From Malacoraja senta (Eukaryota), in assembly GCA_038087875.1 (NCBI GenBank), contig CM075992.1:3536001-3600000 (forward strand): 64,000 nucleotides of DNA, read 5' to 3'. The notes below the pieces were generated by a model that saw nothing but the letters and a program-made list of their open reading frames with translations, made no database searches and was not told where the DNA came from. Every line of letters begins with the position of its first letter. Within the stretch, counting starts at the first letter, position 1. Position numbers and translations under genes: made by a program. This document shows positions 36,666-48,757 of the stretch, in pieces.

Positions 36666-39600
36666 TAGACATCACTTGTCGTACATGGTCTTTATCTCAC
36701 ACTACCAGCATCCCCCTTCCCATCAGAACTTCCCCCTCCATCGACTCCTTTAAGTCAAGACTAAAAACGTATCTATACTCACAAGCCTTTCTTGACGTCC
36801 TCTGAGCCAGGGCTATATGTATATATGTATGTAGTTTGTTTGTTTATATTATTCTTATAACAAATGTAAAGCACTTTGGCCAACGAGAGTTGTTTTTTAA
36901 ATGTGCTATATAAATAAATGTGACTTGACTTGACTTGACACCAGTGCGGTGTTAACATTACCACCTACCAGCCCATGCCTGAATGTTGTCTCGATCTTGC
37001 TGCATGCAACATTTTCTGAGGTTTAAGAAATAAAACTGAACATTGTGCAAACATTGGCGAAGCAGCTGAACTGTTTCAATAGACAATAGACAATAAGCGC
37101 AGGAGTAAGCCATTCGGCCCTTCGAGCCAGCACCGCCATTCAATGTGATCATGGCTGATCATCCCCAATCGGTACCCCGTTCCTGCCTTCTCCCCATATC
37201 CCCTGACTCTGCTATTTTTAAGAGCCCTATCTAGCTCTCTCTTGAAAGTATCCAGAGAACCTGCCTCCACCGCCCTCTGAGGCAGTTTCCCATTGCTGCA
37301 CAACCTGGCCCCATCTCAAAGCCGACTCTGGGCAATTCTATAACATTAATTCCGGATAAGGTTCCTCTTACTGTTCAAACAAAATTCATTTGACCATTAA
37401 ATAATTCATTTGTCCATTAAAGAAATGCTGTGCCAAATAGCCTTGAGGTTTTTAAACCGTGCAATATATTCTCCGAACGATTTAATATAAGGCTAGGATG
37501 AAGGAGTATGTTTGAAGTGTAAACACCAGCTTCGACCAGTTCTGTATTTTAATTCTATGCACAGAGTACTTACTGACAACACTGAATCAACCAATAGTGT
37601 TATTAATGACCGCAATGGTGCTGTCCAGCAAAGGGTTAATGCAGATCAATGTAATTCTGCAGCTTGAAGGGAAATAACATGCTGGAGTAACTCAGCGGGA
37701 CAGGCAACATCTCGGGAGAGAAGTAATGGGTGACGTTTCATAGAAACATAGAAAATAGGTGCAGGTGTAGGCCGTTCGGCCCTTCGAGCCAGCGCCGCCA
37801 TTCAATATGATCATGGCTGATCATCCAAAATCAGTACCATTCCTGCTGTTTTAATTTTAAATATATATATTTTTGTGTGATCCACATTCACAACGACTAA
37901 CTTCCCTTTACTTTGGTCTCCTAATTTGAGGAAGGACATTCTTGCTATTTGGGGAGTGCAGCGCAGGTTTACCATGTTCATAATTCCCGGGATGGCGGGA
38001 CTGACATATGATGAAAGAATGGGTCGACTGGGCTTGTATTCACTGAAGTTTACACGGATGAGAGGGGATCTTATAGAAACATATAAAATACTTAATGGAT
38101 TGGACAGGCTAAATGCAGGAAAAGTAAGTGTTCCCCATGTTGGGGGAGTCCAGAACCAGGGGTCACAGTTTAAGAATAATGGGTAGGTCATTTCGGACTG
38201 AGTTGAGGAAATACTTTTTCACCCAGAGAGTTGTGAATCTTTGGAATTCTCTGCCACAGAAGGCAGTGGAGGCCAATTCACTGGATGTTTTCAAGAGAGA
38301 GTTAGATATAGCTTTTAGGGCTAACGGAATTAAGGGGCTAAATGAATCAAGGGATATGGGGCGAAAGCAGGAACGGGGTACTGATTTTGGATGACCAGTC
38401 ATGAACATATTGAATGGCGGTGCGGGCTGGAAGGGCCGAATGGCCTATTCCTGCACCTATTTTTTATGTTGTCTTTCTGTGGTCGGTAGTTGTGATGTAA
38501 CACTGTATGGTGCCTTTAGCAGCAGAATCTATTCTTGCATTCTTAACCCTGTTTCCATAAGCTTCAAAATGAAAGCTCTCTGAGGCCAGGTACAAAATGA
38601 CGGACAGGATTGTAATTAGGACGCGCATGGCCTCAGAACAGCCCCGAGTTGTTTTGCAACCAATGAATCATGTCTGAGGCTCGTTTGCTGTTGTTATGGG
38701 ATCAGACTTGACAGCAAAATCCTGCAGATAACAGCAATAAAAGAGCAGTTAATTTTCTTCCACAGGACCTTGGGAGCTAATGCAAAGGTTTCAAAGGTCC
38801 TTAATTGTCACGTGTACCAATAAAGGTACAGTGATATGCGAATTGCCATACCGCCATACTAAAGAAAAAGCAACAAGACGCACAACTATGTAAAAGTTAA
38901 CCTAAACATCCACCACAGTGGTAAGAGATTTAAAAAAAAGATTCTCCCAACCCCCACCCCACATAAAACAAGCTAAAGAACACTAAAAACATACATTTAT
39001 AACACATACTATTAAAGCAACAAAGAAGGAAGGGTCAGACAGACTGTTTGCGAGGCAGCCATTGCTGGCGCCACCTGGTGGTTAATCCCACTAGGAACAT
39101 GCACTTTTCAATTGGACTGCATGCTTGAAAATATATTTAAACTCCACAAGTCTCCATTTTATCTGTTTTGAAAGCCTTAACTTGCACCAGTGTTTCTTGA
39201 AGAACAAGTTTCTCAGTTGAGTTCTTGTTGCACCATGTCCGTACCTGCCTAACCTCTCATTTCAAAAACACTCCTTGTTTTTTTTATGCTTGGGAGAAGA
39301 AATGTTTATTTATTTTTCTGTAAAACAGAATGTTCATAAAACGTACACCATATGACTGGTGTTCTAGTGCAAGACAGCATCCAGGCAAGGTACCAATCAA
39401 TGCATGGCATTTTCCTCCCTAGGTCACAATGGGGGTTCTGTGCCTAGTAACTGAAGGAGCAGTTTAGTTTGGTGATACAGCACGGAAACAGGCCCTTCGG
39501 CCCATCAAGTCTGTGCTGACCAGCGATCCCTGAACATTAACACCATCTCACGCACACACACACACACACGACAATTTACAAATTTTACCGAAGCCAATTA

Positions 39601-41045
39601 GTCTACAAGCCGCTGAGGAGTGTTCATCCGACGCCGGAGTTCCAGCTTCCCGGCAAAGAGGGCCTGAAAACATTGGACTGGCTGCGGAGGCCACAAATAG
39701 GCCCCGACCTCGGGTGGTCACAGAGGAAGAGGCCTTAACTTTTTGTTGCCTTTCTCCATGGTGGAAAATTTTGATTCTGTTTTGGGGGGACGTTCTTGTT
39801 GAATTCTATAATGTGTTGTGTCATTTTTCTGATTTTTAATTTTTCTATGGATGTACGGAAACGTTATTATTTATTTTATTATTTATTTTATGTACAGCGC
39901 TTTGCTTTCAACGCGAGTTGATTTAAACGTGCTATATAATTAAAATTTACTTGCACACTACTTACAAACCTGGACGTCTTTGGAGTGTGGGAGGAAACGG
40001 GAGCACCCAGAGAAAACCCACGCAGGTTACAGGGAGAATGTACAGACAGCACCCGTAGCCGGGATCGAACCCAGGTCTCTGGCGCTGTAAGGCAGCAACT
40101 CTACCGCTGTGCTACTGTGCCTACACGAATGGTCCCCCAGTGGAATGTGGTCGCCGGGGAAGGTTGAAGCGTGGTGGGGATGGGTGACGGCAATGGACAT
40201 TGGTTGCCAGTCGGGGCTTGGGCAACTCGATTGTAATCAATGTATAGTCTTTCCGCTGACTGGTTAGCATGCAACAAAAAAAAGCTGAATGCACAATACT
40301 TTATTATCACACATGACATGTCACAGTGAGAGTGTTTGTTTTGAATACCATACACAAGGTATGCAAAGAGTCGCCATGTATAGGGTGCAGACAATGGTAC
40401 AAAGTGTTCAGTGTAGTTCCAATGGCCCCCTTTGTTCTCGACCCCCCCCTCCCCCCACGCCAGGACCCTCTTTGTTCGTTGCGACCCTCCCTCCAGGCCG
40501 GGTCCCCTTTGTTCTCTCAGTGGCCCCCAGAAGCCGGGCGTACTTTGGTCTCAGCAGCAAACCCAACCTCCTGCACCCACCTAGGCCTAACCGACCTCTG
40601 GTACTCTCTGCCGGCCCCCACCTCGAAGCCGCCGGGCCCCCTTCAGACAGCTCTGCGGCGCTGGCCCTGAGATTCCCCGATTACCTTTCCCCCTGTAATT
40701 TACACTGTAAGGCTATTCCACAAGAGATTATGAATTGGAGATAGACACAGAATGCTGGAGTAACTCAGCGGGTCAGGCAGCATCTCTGGACTGTAGGAAT
40801 GGGTGATGTTTCGGGTCGAGACCCTTATCCGAAGAAGGGTCTTGACTCGCTACAGACATCGCCCATTCCTTCTCTCCAGAGATGCTGCCTGACCCGTTAA
40901 GTTACTCCAGCATTCTGTGTCTATCTTCGGTGTAAACCAGCATCTGCAGTTCCTTTCTACACCACGAATTAGAGACAGACTTGTTGGAATTTAAGGTTAA
41001 GGGCAGAATCTGACTGCTGTTGGTAAGATCTAAGAGGCCAACACA

Positions 41046-41450
41046 TTTTTTTTTAAATCAAAAAATGTATTCAATTATTAAAAAATAATAAATACACTAC
41101 ATTAAAACTAGCCAGAACCCACCACCATAATACAATACAAACATATATCCATAATAAACTACTATGCAACTATGATACAATCCTTATTGAGGATACATTC
41201 AACACCCTGTGGGAGCCCAGCCATCCCGGAACTCCCTCAAGGTGCCCGTGGACAGGGCGTATTCCCTTTCTAACCGCACCCGGGCACGGACGTATCCCCG
41301 GAAAAGGGGCAGGCAGCCGGCTCGGGTAGAGCCCTCCACCGCCTGGCGCCTTGACTGGCAGATGGCCAGCTTGGCCAGGCCCAGGAGCAACCCAACCAGG
41401 ACATCTTCAGCCCTACCGAAGAGGCCAAACACACTGGGTGGATACAGAGG
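41046..41450 (-). mobile_element. L1/Tx1-clade LINE 3' fragment
   Basis: LLLGLAKLAI..RRQAVEG..CLPLFRGYVRARVRLEREYA resembles Tx1-type ORF2 C-termini; AT-rich 3' UTR and T-run (poly-A) at 41046-41053. Confidence 0.55.
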
Positions 41451-41979
41451 GACCATCTTCAACAGTGGCTCTGAAGAAGTGTCTCGACCTGAAACGTCAC
41501 CCATTCCTTCTCTCCAGAGATGCTGACTGTCCCGCTGAGTTGCTCCAGCACTTTTTGTGTCTATCTGCCTTCGACCATTTTCAACAGTTGGGAGCAAAGA
41601 GCAAAAGGTGACAATAAATGAAAGTAAATGCAAAAAGCTGAACCCAAAAAAACCCGAAAGGTGGACAAAAATGCTGGGGAAACTCAGCGGGTGAGGCAAC
41701 ATCTATGGAGCGAAGAGAATAGGCAACGTTTCGTCCTGAAACCCTTTGGGTTTCGACCCGAAACGTCACCTATTTCCTTTGGGTTTCGACCCGAAACGTT
41801 GCCTATTTCCTTTGCTCCATAGATGCTGCCTCACCCACTGAGTTTCTCCAGCATTTTTGTCTACCTTCGATTTTTCCAACATCTGCAGTTCCTTCTTAAA
41901 CAAAAAAAAACTAAACTTGGGAGGGGGGGAAGAGCAGAGGGGGGGGAGTGGGGAGGGGGCGGTAGTGGGGGGGGGGAGG

Positions 41980-42600
41980 GGGGTGGCATGTGTCGTTGCT
42001 AGGCGACATGCCGTCATACCAAGGGGGGGGGGTGAGAGGGGAGGGGAGGGGGAGTGGGGGGGAGAGGGGGGGTGGCATGGGTCGTTGCTAGGCGATGTGC
42101 CGTCATACCAAGGGGGGGTGAGAGGGGAGGGGGGGTGTCATGGGTCGTTGCTAGGCGACGTGCCGTCATACCAAGGGGGGGGTGAGAGGGGGAGGGGGGT
42201 GTCATGGGTCGTTGCTAGGCGACGTGCCGTCATACCAAGGGGGGGGTGAGAGGGGGAGGGGGGTGTCATGGGTCGTTGCTAGGCGACGTGCCGTCATACC
42301 AAGGGGGGGGGGGGTGAGAGGGGGAGGGGGGGTGTCATGGGTCGTTGCTAGGCGACGTGCCGTCATACCAAGGGGGGGGGTGAGAGGGGAGGGGGGGTGT
42401 CATGGGTCGTTGCTAGGCGACGTGCCGTCATACCAAGGTGGGGGTGAGAGGGGGAGGGGGAGGGGGAGGGGGAGGGGGGTGGTGACATGGGTCGTTGCTA
42501 GACGAGGTGCTGTCATATCAAGGGAGGGTGAGGGGGGAGTGGGGGGGGTGGTGGTGGGAGGGGGGGTGGCATGGGTCGTTGCTAGGCGACGTGCCGTCCC
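41980..42600. repeat. G-rich minisatellite, 9 units of ~63-89 bp, each with core CATGGGTCGTTGCTAGGCGACGTGCCGTCATACCAAG
   Basis: GTTGCTAG cores start at 41995, 42084, 42147, 42211, 42275, 42344, 42409, 42494 and 42578, separated by poly-G/GA tracts. Confidence 0.95.
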
Positions 42601-42670
42601 AACAGGGGGGGGGGGCAGGAGGGGAGGATGAGAGGGGGAGGGGGGGGGAGGACTCGCCGTGAGTCGCCGG

Positions 42671-42737
42671 CAGTAGCAGTAACAGTAACAGTAACAGTAA
42701 CAGTAACAGTAACAGCAGCAGCAGCAGCAGCAGCAGC
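42671..42737. repeat. Compound microsatellite (CAGTAA)n(CAG)n
   Basis: Directly visible. Confidence 0.95.
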
Positions 42738-42759
42738 GGGCGGGGTCTGTGGCCAGCCA

Positions 42760-42850
42760 TGGGGCGGAGGGAAGTGACGAGGCATGGAATGTTCTTGAAA
42801 GTTCCAGCAATCTGCTGGAAGTGTCGCGGAGAGGCGAGGAGAGAGCTGGT
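42760..42850 (+). promoter_or_regulatory. Probable DNAJB1 promoter with perfect heat-shock element
   Basis: GC box GGGGCGGAG, GGAAGTGACG ETS/CRE-like motif, HSE gGAAt-gTTCt-tGAAa-gTTCc at 42786-42805, candidate donor CTG|GTAATG at 42849. Confidence 0.65.
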
Positions 42851-42934
42851 AATGTCCGCCGATCCTTCACCGCTGGGGCTGGAGAGGGGAGAGGGAGAGG
42901 GGAGAGGGGAGGAGATACAATGAATGTCGCGGTC

Positions 42935-43760
42935 GATACAATGTAGCACAGCGACGGGCGATACAACGTGCAGCACACGGGTAGCAGATACAATGTAGCA
43001 CAGCCGAGGGAGTACAGTGTTACACAGCTGTGGGATACAGTGTCACAGCGATGGGACAACACAGACAGTGCAGCACAGCTCTGTGTATTTAAGCTACACG
43101 ACACAATGTACCACTACTACAGCGATGGGCCTGCTTTATAGGATACAGTGTACGACAGGTATGGGATACATTGTAGCTCAGGTATGGGATACTGTGTATT
43201 ATGGCTATGGGATACAGTGAAGGACAGCTATGGGGTATAATGTATCATAGCTGTGGGCCTGCTTTGTGGGATACAGTGTCTTGACAGGTATGGGATACAG
43301 TGTATGACAGCTATGGGATACTGTGTAATTAGGACAGTTATGGATGGGCCTGCTCTCTGGGATGCAGTGTAGTAGCACAGCTGTGGGGTAAAGTGCAGAA
43401 CATCTAGGTATACAATGTAGCACAACAGTGTGATACAGTGTGACACAGTGATGCGTTACAGTGTAGCACAGTGATGCGATACAGTGTAACACAGTGAGGC
43501 AATACAGTGTATTACAGCTATGGGATACAATGTAGCAGCCAGGATATACAGTGTAACACAGTTATGGGATACAATGTAACAGCCAGGATATACACTGTAA
43601 CACAACTATGGGATACAATGTAGCTCAATGATGGATACAGTATATGACAGCTATGGGATACAGTGTAGCACAGCCATGGGATACAGAGTAACACAGCTAT
43701 GGGATACAAGGTAGCTCAATGATGGGATACAGTGTAAGGCGGCAGTTGGATACAATGTAT
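42935..43760. repeat. Degenerate ~20-23-bp minisatellite (GGGATACAGTGTAGCACAGCTAT-like)
   Basis: Dozens of imperfect GATACA(G/A)TGT...CAGCTATGG units. Confidence 0.85.
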
Positions 43761-46069
43761 CCAGGAAGAAGGACGGCAGCCCCTTGGACACTTTATGTCC
43801 ATTGCCATCGATGGAGATACATTGTGTCTGGTAACGGAGGAGGAGCGAAGAGTAATAGTTGTGACTGTGTGTCTCTGTCTATCTGTCTGCCTGCTTTATG
43901 CAGCCTGTCTGTCTCTGCGTGTGTGTCTAGTGATTGAAGGCATTGCCCTTTTGTGACAGTTGTGGGTATGGGCGGGGCAGGGCAGGCCATTGCATGTTAT
44001 GATTTCTTAACGTCTATTGGGGAGGGAGGGGGCAGGGGGGGGACTTAAAAGATAAGGCGCAAAAATATGAAGAGTGGGATGAGGGGAAGGAAATCCTGGG
44101 AGTCAACGGGCAGCAGGTAAGTCGATGCTGAGTCCACTCACTGCTTTTAATTTGACACAGGACGGGTTTTTATGGTCGAGGGAGTTACGATGGGGTCAGG
44201 TCCGGTATCTGTGGCCTTTGGAGACATGGTGTCTGATCCGTAACCAAACTCCATCCTGCTGTTTCATCACCCATGTCCATTAATAACCTGCCAATCTCCG
44301 ATTTAAAATTAATAACTGGCCTAGTGTCAGTTGCTATTTGCAGAAGCTACAAATTCCCCCTGTCCTCTAGAAGTGTTTCCTAACTTTTGTCTCTCTGCTC
44401 CCAACTAGTTGAAAAAAAGTCTCTCTGTATCCACCCAATCTGTTGGCCTCTGAGCTCTTAAAAACAACAGTCAAATTCTGCCTTTAAACTTAAATTCCAA
44501 TAACCATGTCACAAAAATTCATAATCTCTTGTGGAATATCCTCTCAAGACCAGTTGTCTGCCTGATAATTCCGCACGGCATTCTTTCCGGTCTGCATTGA
44601 TGCCCAGATCTGCTCTAAAGCGTGGGATTAATCCAGTGTCATTTTTGTCATGTGAGGCCCTGATAATGACAAACCAGTTGTGAAATTTGTATAAATAGGG
44701 GGTGGCACGGTGGCGCAGTGGTAGAGTTGCTGCCTTACAGCGCCAGAGACCCAGGTTCGATCCTTACTGCAGGTGCTGTCTCTATGGAGTTTGTTCATTC
44801 TTCCTGAGAGAGCGTGGGTTTTCTCCGGGTGCTCCGGTTTCCTCCCACATTCCAAAGACATGTAGGTTTGACAATAGACAATAGACAATAGGTGCAGGAG
44901 TAGCCAATCGGCCCTTCGAGCCAGCACCGCCATTTAATGTGATCATGGCTGATCATCCCCAATTAGTACCCCATTCCTGCCTTCTCCCCATATCCCCTGA
45001 CTCCACTATTTTTAAGAGCCCTATCTAGCTCTCTCTTGAAAGCATCCAGAGAACCTGTCCCACCACCCTCTGAGGCAGAGAATTCCACAGACTCACAACT
45101 CTCTGTGATAAAAAGGGTTTCCTCGTCTCCGGTCTAAATGTCTTACCCCTTATTCTTAAACTGTGGCCCCTGGTTCTGGACTCCCCCAACATCGGGAACA
45201 TGTTTCCTGCCTCTAGTGTGTCCAAGCCCTTAACAATCTTATATGTTTCAATAAGATCCCCTCTCATCCTTCTAAACTCCAGAGTGTACAAGCCCAGCCG
45301 CTCCCATTCTCTTAGCATATGACGGTCCCGCCATCCCGGAAATTAACCTTGTAGGTTAATAGTAGGTTAATTGGCCTCTGTAACTTGTCACTAGTGTGTG
45401 ATAGAACTAGTGTGAACAGCTGATCGATAGTTGGCGTGAACTCAGTGGGACGAAGGGCCTGTTTCCACAGTATCTCTAAAACTAAAACTGAAACTAAAGA
45501 AACATTTTTGATTTTGTGAAGTCATTGGGTATTACAGGAATTGGGACATAGGAGCTGTGGAGAAGTATTTAGAGTAATTGAGTCACACAGCTTTGAAACA
45601 GGCCAATTTATCCACGCTAACCAACATGCCCCATCTACACTAGTTCCACCTGCCTGCCTTTGGCCCACATCCCTCTAAACTTTTCCTATCCATGTGCCTG
45701 TCCAAATGTCTTTTAAATGTTGTTATAGAACCTGCCTCAACTACCTCCTCTGGCAGCTCGTCCCATACGCCCACCACACTCTGAGTGGAAATAGTTGTCC
45801 CTCAAGATAGACACAAAATGCTGGGGTAACTCAACGTGACAGGCAGGATCTCTGGAGAGAAGGAATGGGTGACTTTTTGGGTCGAGACCCTTTGCCTGAA
45901 GAAGGGCCTTGACCCAAAACGTCACCCATTCCTTCTCTCCAGAGACGCTGCCAGACCCGCTGAGTTCCTCCAGCATTTTGTGTCTATCTTCGGTTTAAAC
46001 CAGCATCTGCAGTTCCTTCCTACACAGATCCCCAGATCTGTGTCTCGACACAATCCTGTCTCGGAGGTC

Positions 46070-46310
46070 TAAGGACAATTTTGAGTGTCATAGCAAAGGG
46101 TCTGAATACTTATGTAAATGTGATATTCAGTTATTTATTTTTAATTACTTTGCAAAAATTTCTCAACACCTGTTTTTGCTTCTTCATTCTGGGTTATTGT
46201 GTGCACATTGATGATAAATAAAAAATGAATGTAATCAATTTTAGAATAAGGCTGTAACATAACAAAATGTGGAAAAAGTGAAGGGGTCTGAATACTTTCT
46301 GAATGCACTG
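46070..46310. mobile_element. Tc1/mariner terminal inverted repeat (IR/DR type), single end
   Basis: Ends ...GGGTCTGAATACTTTCTGAATGCACTG|TA; the GGGTCTGAATACTT direct repeat occurs at both ends of a ~210-bp segment. Confidence 0.75.
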
Positions 46311-47615
46311 TACTTGTCCCGCAAGCTGAATGGATTTGCAAGCCTGAAATTCAGTGGGAATAGCAGAGGAGTGTGGGATCCTTTTGGGGTAGGGTTAAGA
46401 AGAATTCAGGGTGAAGGATTGATCAGTAATCTTTAGTGCATAGGAGTAACTACAGGCATGTCTGGCCTAGTTCAGAGAGCCTGTGAACATGTGCTGCAGA
46501 GGCAGATCAAAGATGCCAACAAACAGGTTCTATCAGATACAAATATAAATTTGAAGCAGTTTCAGTTTTGTTTACTGTCAGGTGTACTGAGGTACAGTGA
46601 AAATCTTTTGTTGCGTGCTAACCAGTCAGCGACCATGCAAGCAGGTCCTACAGAGGGCCAATTAACCTACAAACCCGCAAGTCTTTGGTATGTGGGAGGA
46701 AACCAGAGCACCCGGAGGTAACCCACGCGGTCACAGGGAGAACGTGCAAACTCCACACAGACAGCACCTGAGGCCACTGTGCCAATTCTCTGGGTTATTT
46801 GGAATATTTACATTTACCATGCACCCGATGTAGGTTTGTTTGAATATTGCACAAGAATTCTATGTTTCCCGACTCCTTCCCACCTGTAGGTTTACATAAT
46901 AATAATAATAATGGATTGGATTTATATAGCGCCTTTCTAATACTCAAGGCGCTTTACATCGCATTATTCATTCACTCCTCAGTCACACTCGGTGGTGGTG
47001 AGCTACTTCTGTAGCCACAGCTGCCCTGGGGAAGACTGACGGAAGCATGGCTGCTAATCTGCGCCTACGGCCCCTCCGACCACCACCAATCACTCACACA
47101 CACTCACACACATTCACACACATTCACACGCAGGCAAAGGTGGGTGAAGTGTCTTGCCCAAGGACACAACGACAGTATGCACTCCAAGCGGGATTCGAAC
47201 CGGCTACCTTCCGGTTGCCAGCCGAACACTTAGCCCATTGCGCCATCTGTCGCCCGAATGGTCTTGCCTTACTTTATGCCACCTTATCGGAAAAAACATT
47301 CTTCCACCTCCACCCTGAGGACAGACACAACATGCTGGAGTAACTCAGCAGGACAGGCAGCATCTCTGGAGAGAAGGAACGGGTGGCATTTCGGGTCGAG
47401 CCACTTCTTCAGACTGGGAGTCGGGGGAGAGGGAGACACAGAGATATGGAAGGGTAAGGCGTGATAGCGAGGCATCAAGGGGGACGAAGTCAAGGAAAAA
47501 GTAGAATAGATCATATTGAAGGTGACAACGAAGCATACACAGATAAAATGTAATCGGGGGGGGGACAGTCAGACTGGGGGAGGGATGGAAATAGAGGGAA
47601 AGCAAGAGTTACACC

Positions 47616-48087
47616 GCGGAGCCTGGGATCTGAGATCGCCGGAGTCGGAGCTCCAACCGGCGCGGCCTGAGGACTTCGGGAGCCGCGGTCTCCGGGGAGG
47701 AAGCGGCCGCTCCAGACATTCCCAAGCTGCTGAGGAGTGTTCACCCGACGCCGGAGTTCCATCTTCCCGGCAAGAGGGCCTGTAACATCGGGCCGCCGTT
47801 GTGGCGACTGGCTGCGGAGGCCTCAAATAGGCCCCGATCTCAGGTGGACTAGGAGGAGTGGACTAGGTGGACTGGACTTTTTGGTGCCTTCCCTCACGGT
47901 GGAAAGTGTTGATTCTGCTGTTGGGGGGACGTTAGTGTACAGTGAATCCTATAGTGTATTGTGTCTTTTTTTTATTTTTTATTTTATATGGATGTATGGT
48001 AATCTAATGTTTTCTCTCTGTAAATCACTTCAACGTGATTTGATTTAAAAGTGCTATATAAATAAAAATTACTTTACTTACTTACTT
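47616..48087 (+). mobile_element. GC-rich-headed non-coding retroposon with L2-like tail, inserted in a Penelope fragment
   Basis: Shares GCTGAGGAGTGTTCA.CCGACGCCGGAGTTCC.. with a second copy at ~39612-39955; ends GTGCTATATAAATAAAAA(TTAC)n; host PLE sequence resumes after it. Confidence 0.6.
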
Positions 48088-48546
48088 GAAGTTAGAGAAG
48101 TCAATGTTCATACTGCTGGTTTGTAAGCTGCCCAAGCTAAACATGAGGTGCTGCTCCTCCAACTTGCGTTGGGCCTCCTACAAATTCCAACTCGACCCAC
48201 TGCCTCCTCATTGCAGCTCCTAGACTGTGGAACAGCATCCCCCTTCCCATCAGAACTGCCCCCTCCATTGACTCCTTTAAGTCAAGACTAAAAACTTATC
48301 TACACTCCCAAGCCTTTCTTGACGTCCTCTGAGCGAGGGCTATATGTATATATGTATGTAGTTTGTTTGTTTATACTATTCTTATAACAAATGTAAAGCA
48401 CTTTGGCCAACGAGAGTTGTTTTTTAAATGTGCTATATAAATAAATGTGACTTCACTCCTACCACTGAGACACTTGATATATTTTTGAGAGTTAAGATTG
48501 AACGCTAAACCTATTTGCACGATCTCTTTTGACTTTCAGGCATAAA

Positions 48547-48757
48547 ATGGGGAAGGATTATTATAAAATACTTGGCATTCAGAAGGGAACAGCAGAGGAT
48601 GAGATCAAAAAGGCGTACAGGAAGCTGGCCTTGAAGTATCACCCTGACAAAAACAAATCTCCAGATGCGGAGGAGAGGTTCAAGGAGATTGCCGAGGCTT
48701 ACGACGTACTGAGTGACCCCAAGAAACGGGAGATCTATGACCAGTTTGGGGAAGAAG
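48547..48757 (+). CDS. DNAJB1: DnaJ homolog subfamily B member 1 (Hsp40), first coding exon, J domain
   Basis: [10 protein letters not shown]...YHPDKNK...YDQFGEE with HPD motif; acceptor CTTTCAG| 7 nt before the ATG; 211 coding nt, donor G|GTAGGA in phase 1. Confidence 0.9.

Noticed and set aside
41980..42600. CRISPR-like array (conserved ~37-bp repeat with spacers)
   Set aside because: Spacers are near-identical poly-G tracts rather than unique sequences; the context is eukaryotic with no cas genes. It is a minisatellite.
41857..43104. Long G/P-rich, poly-L and poly-C ORFs in the ORF track
   Set aside because: They are by-products of the minisatellite and microsatellite, with no splice or homology support.
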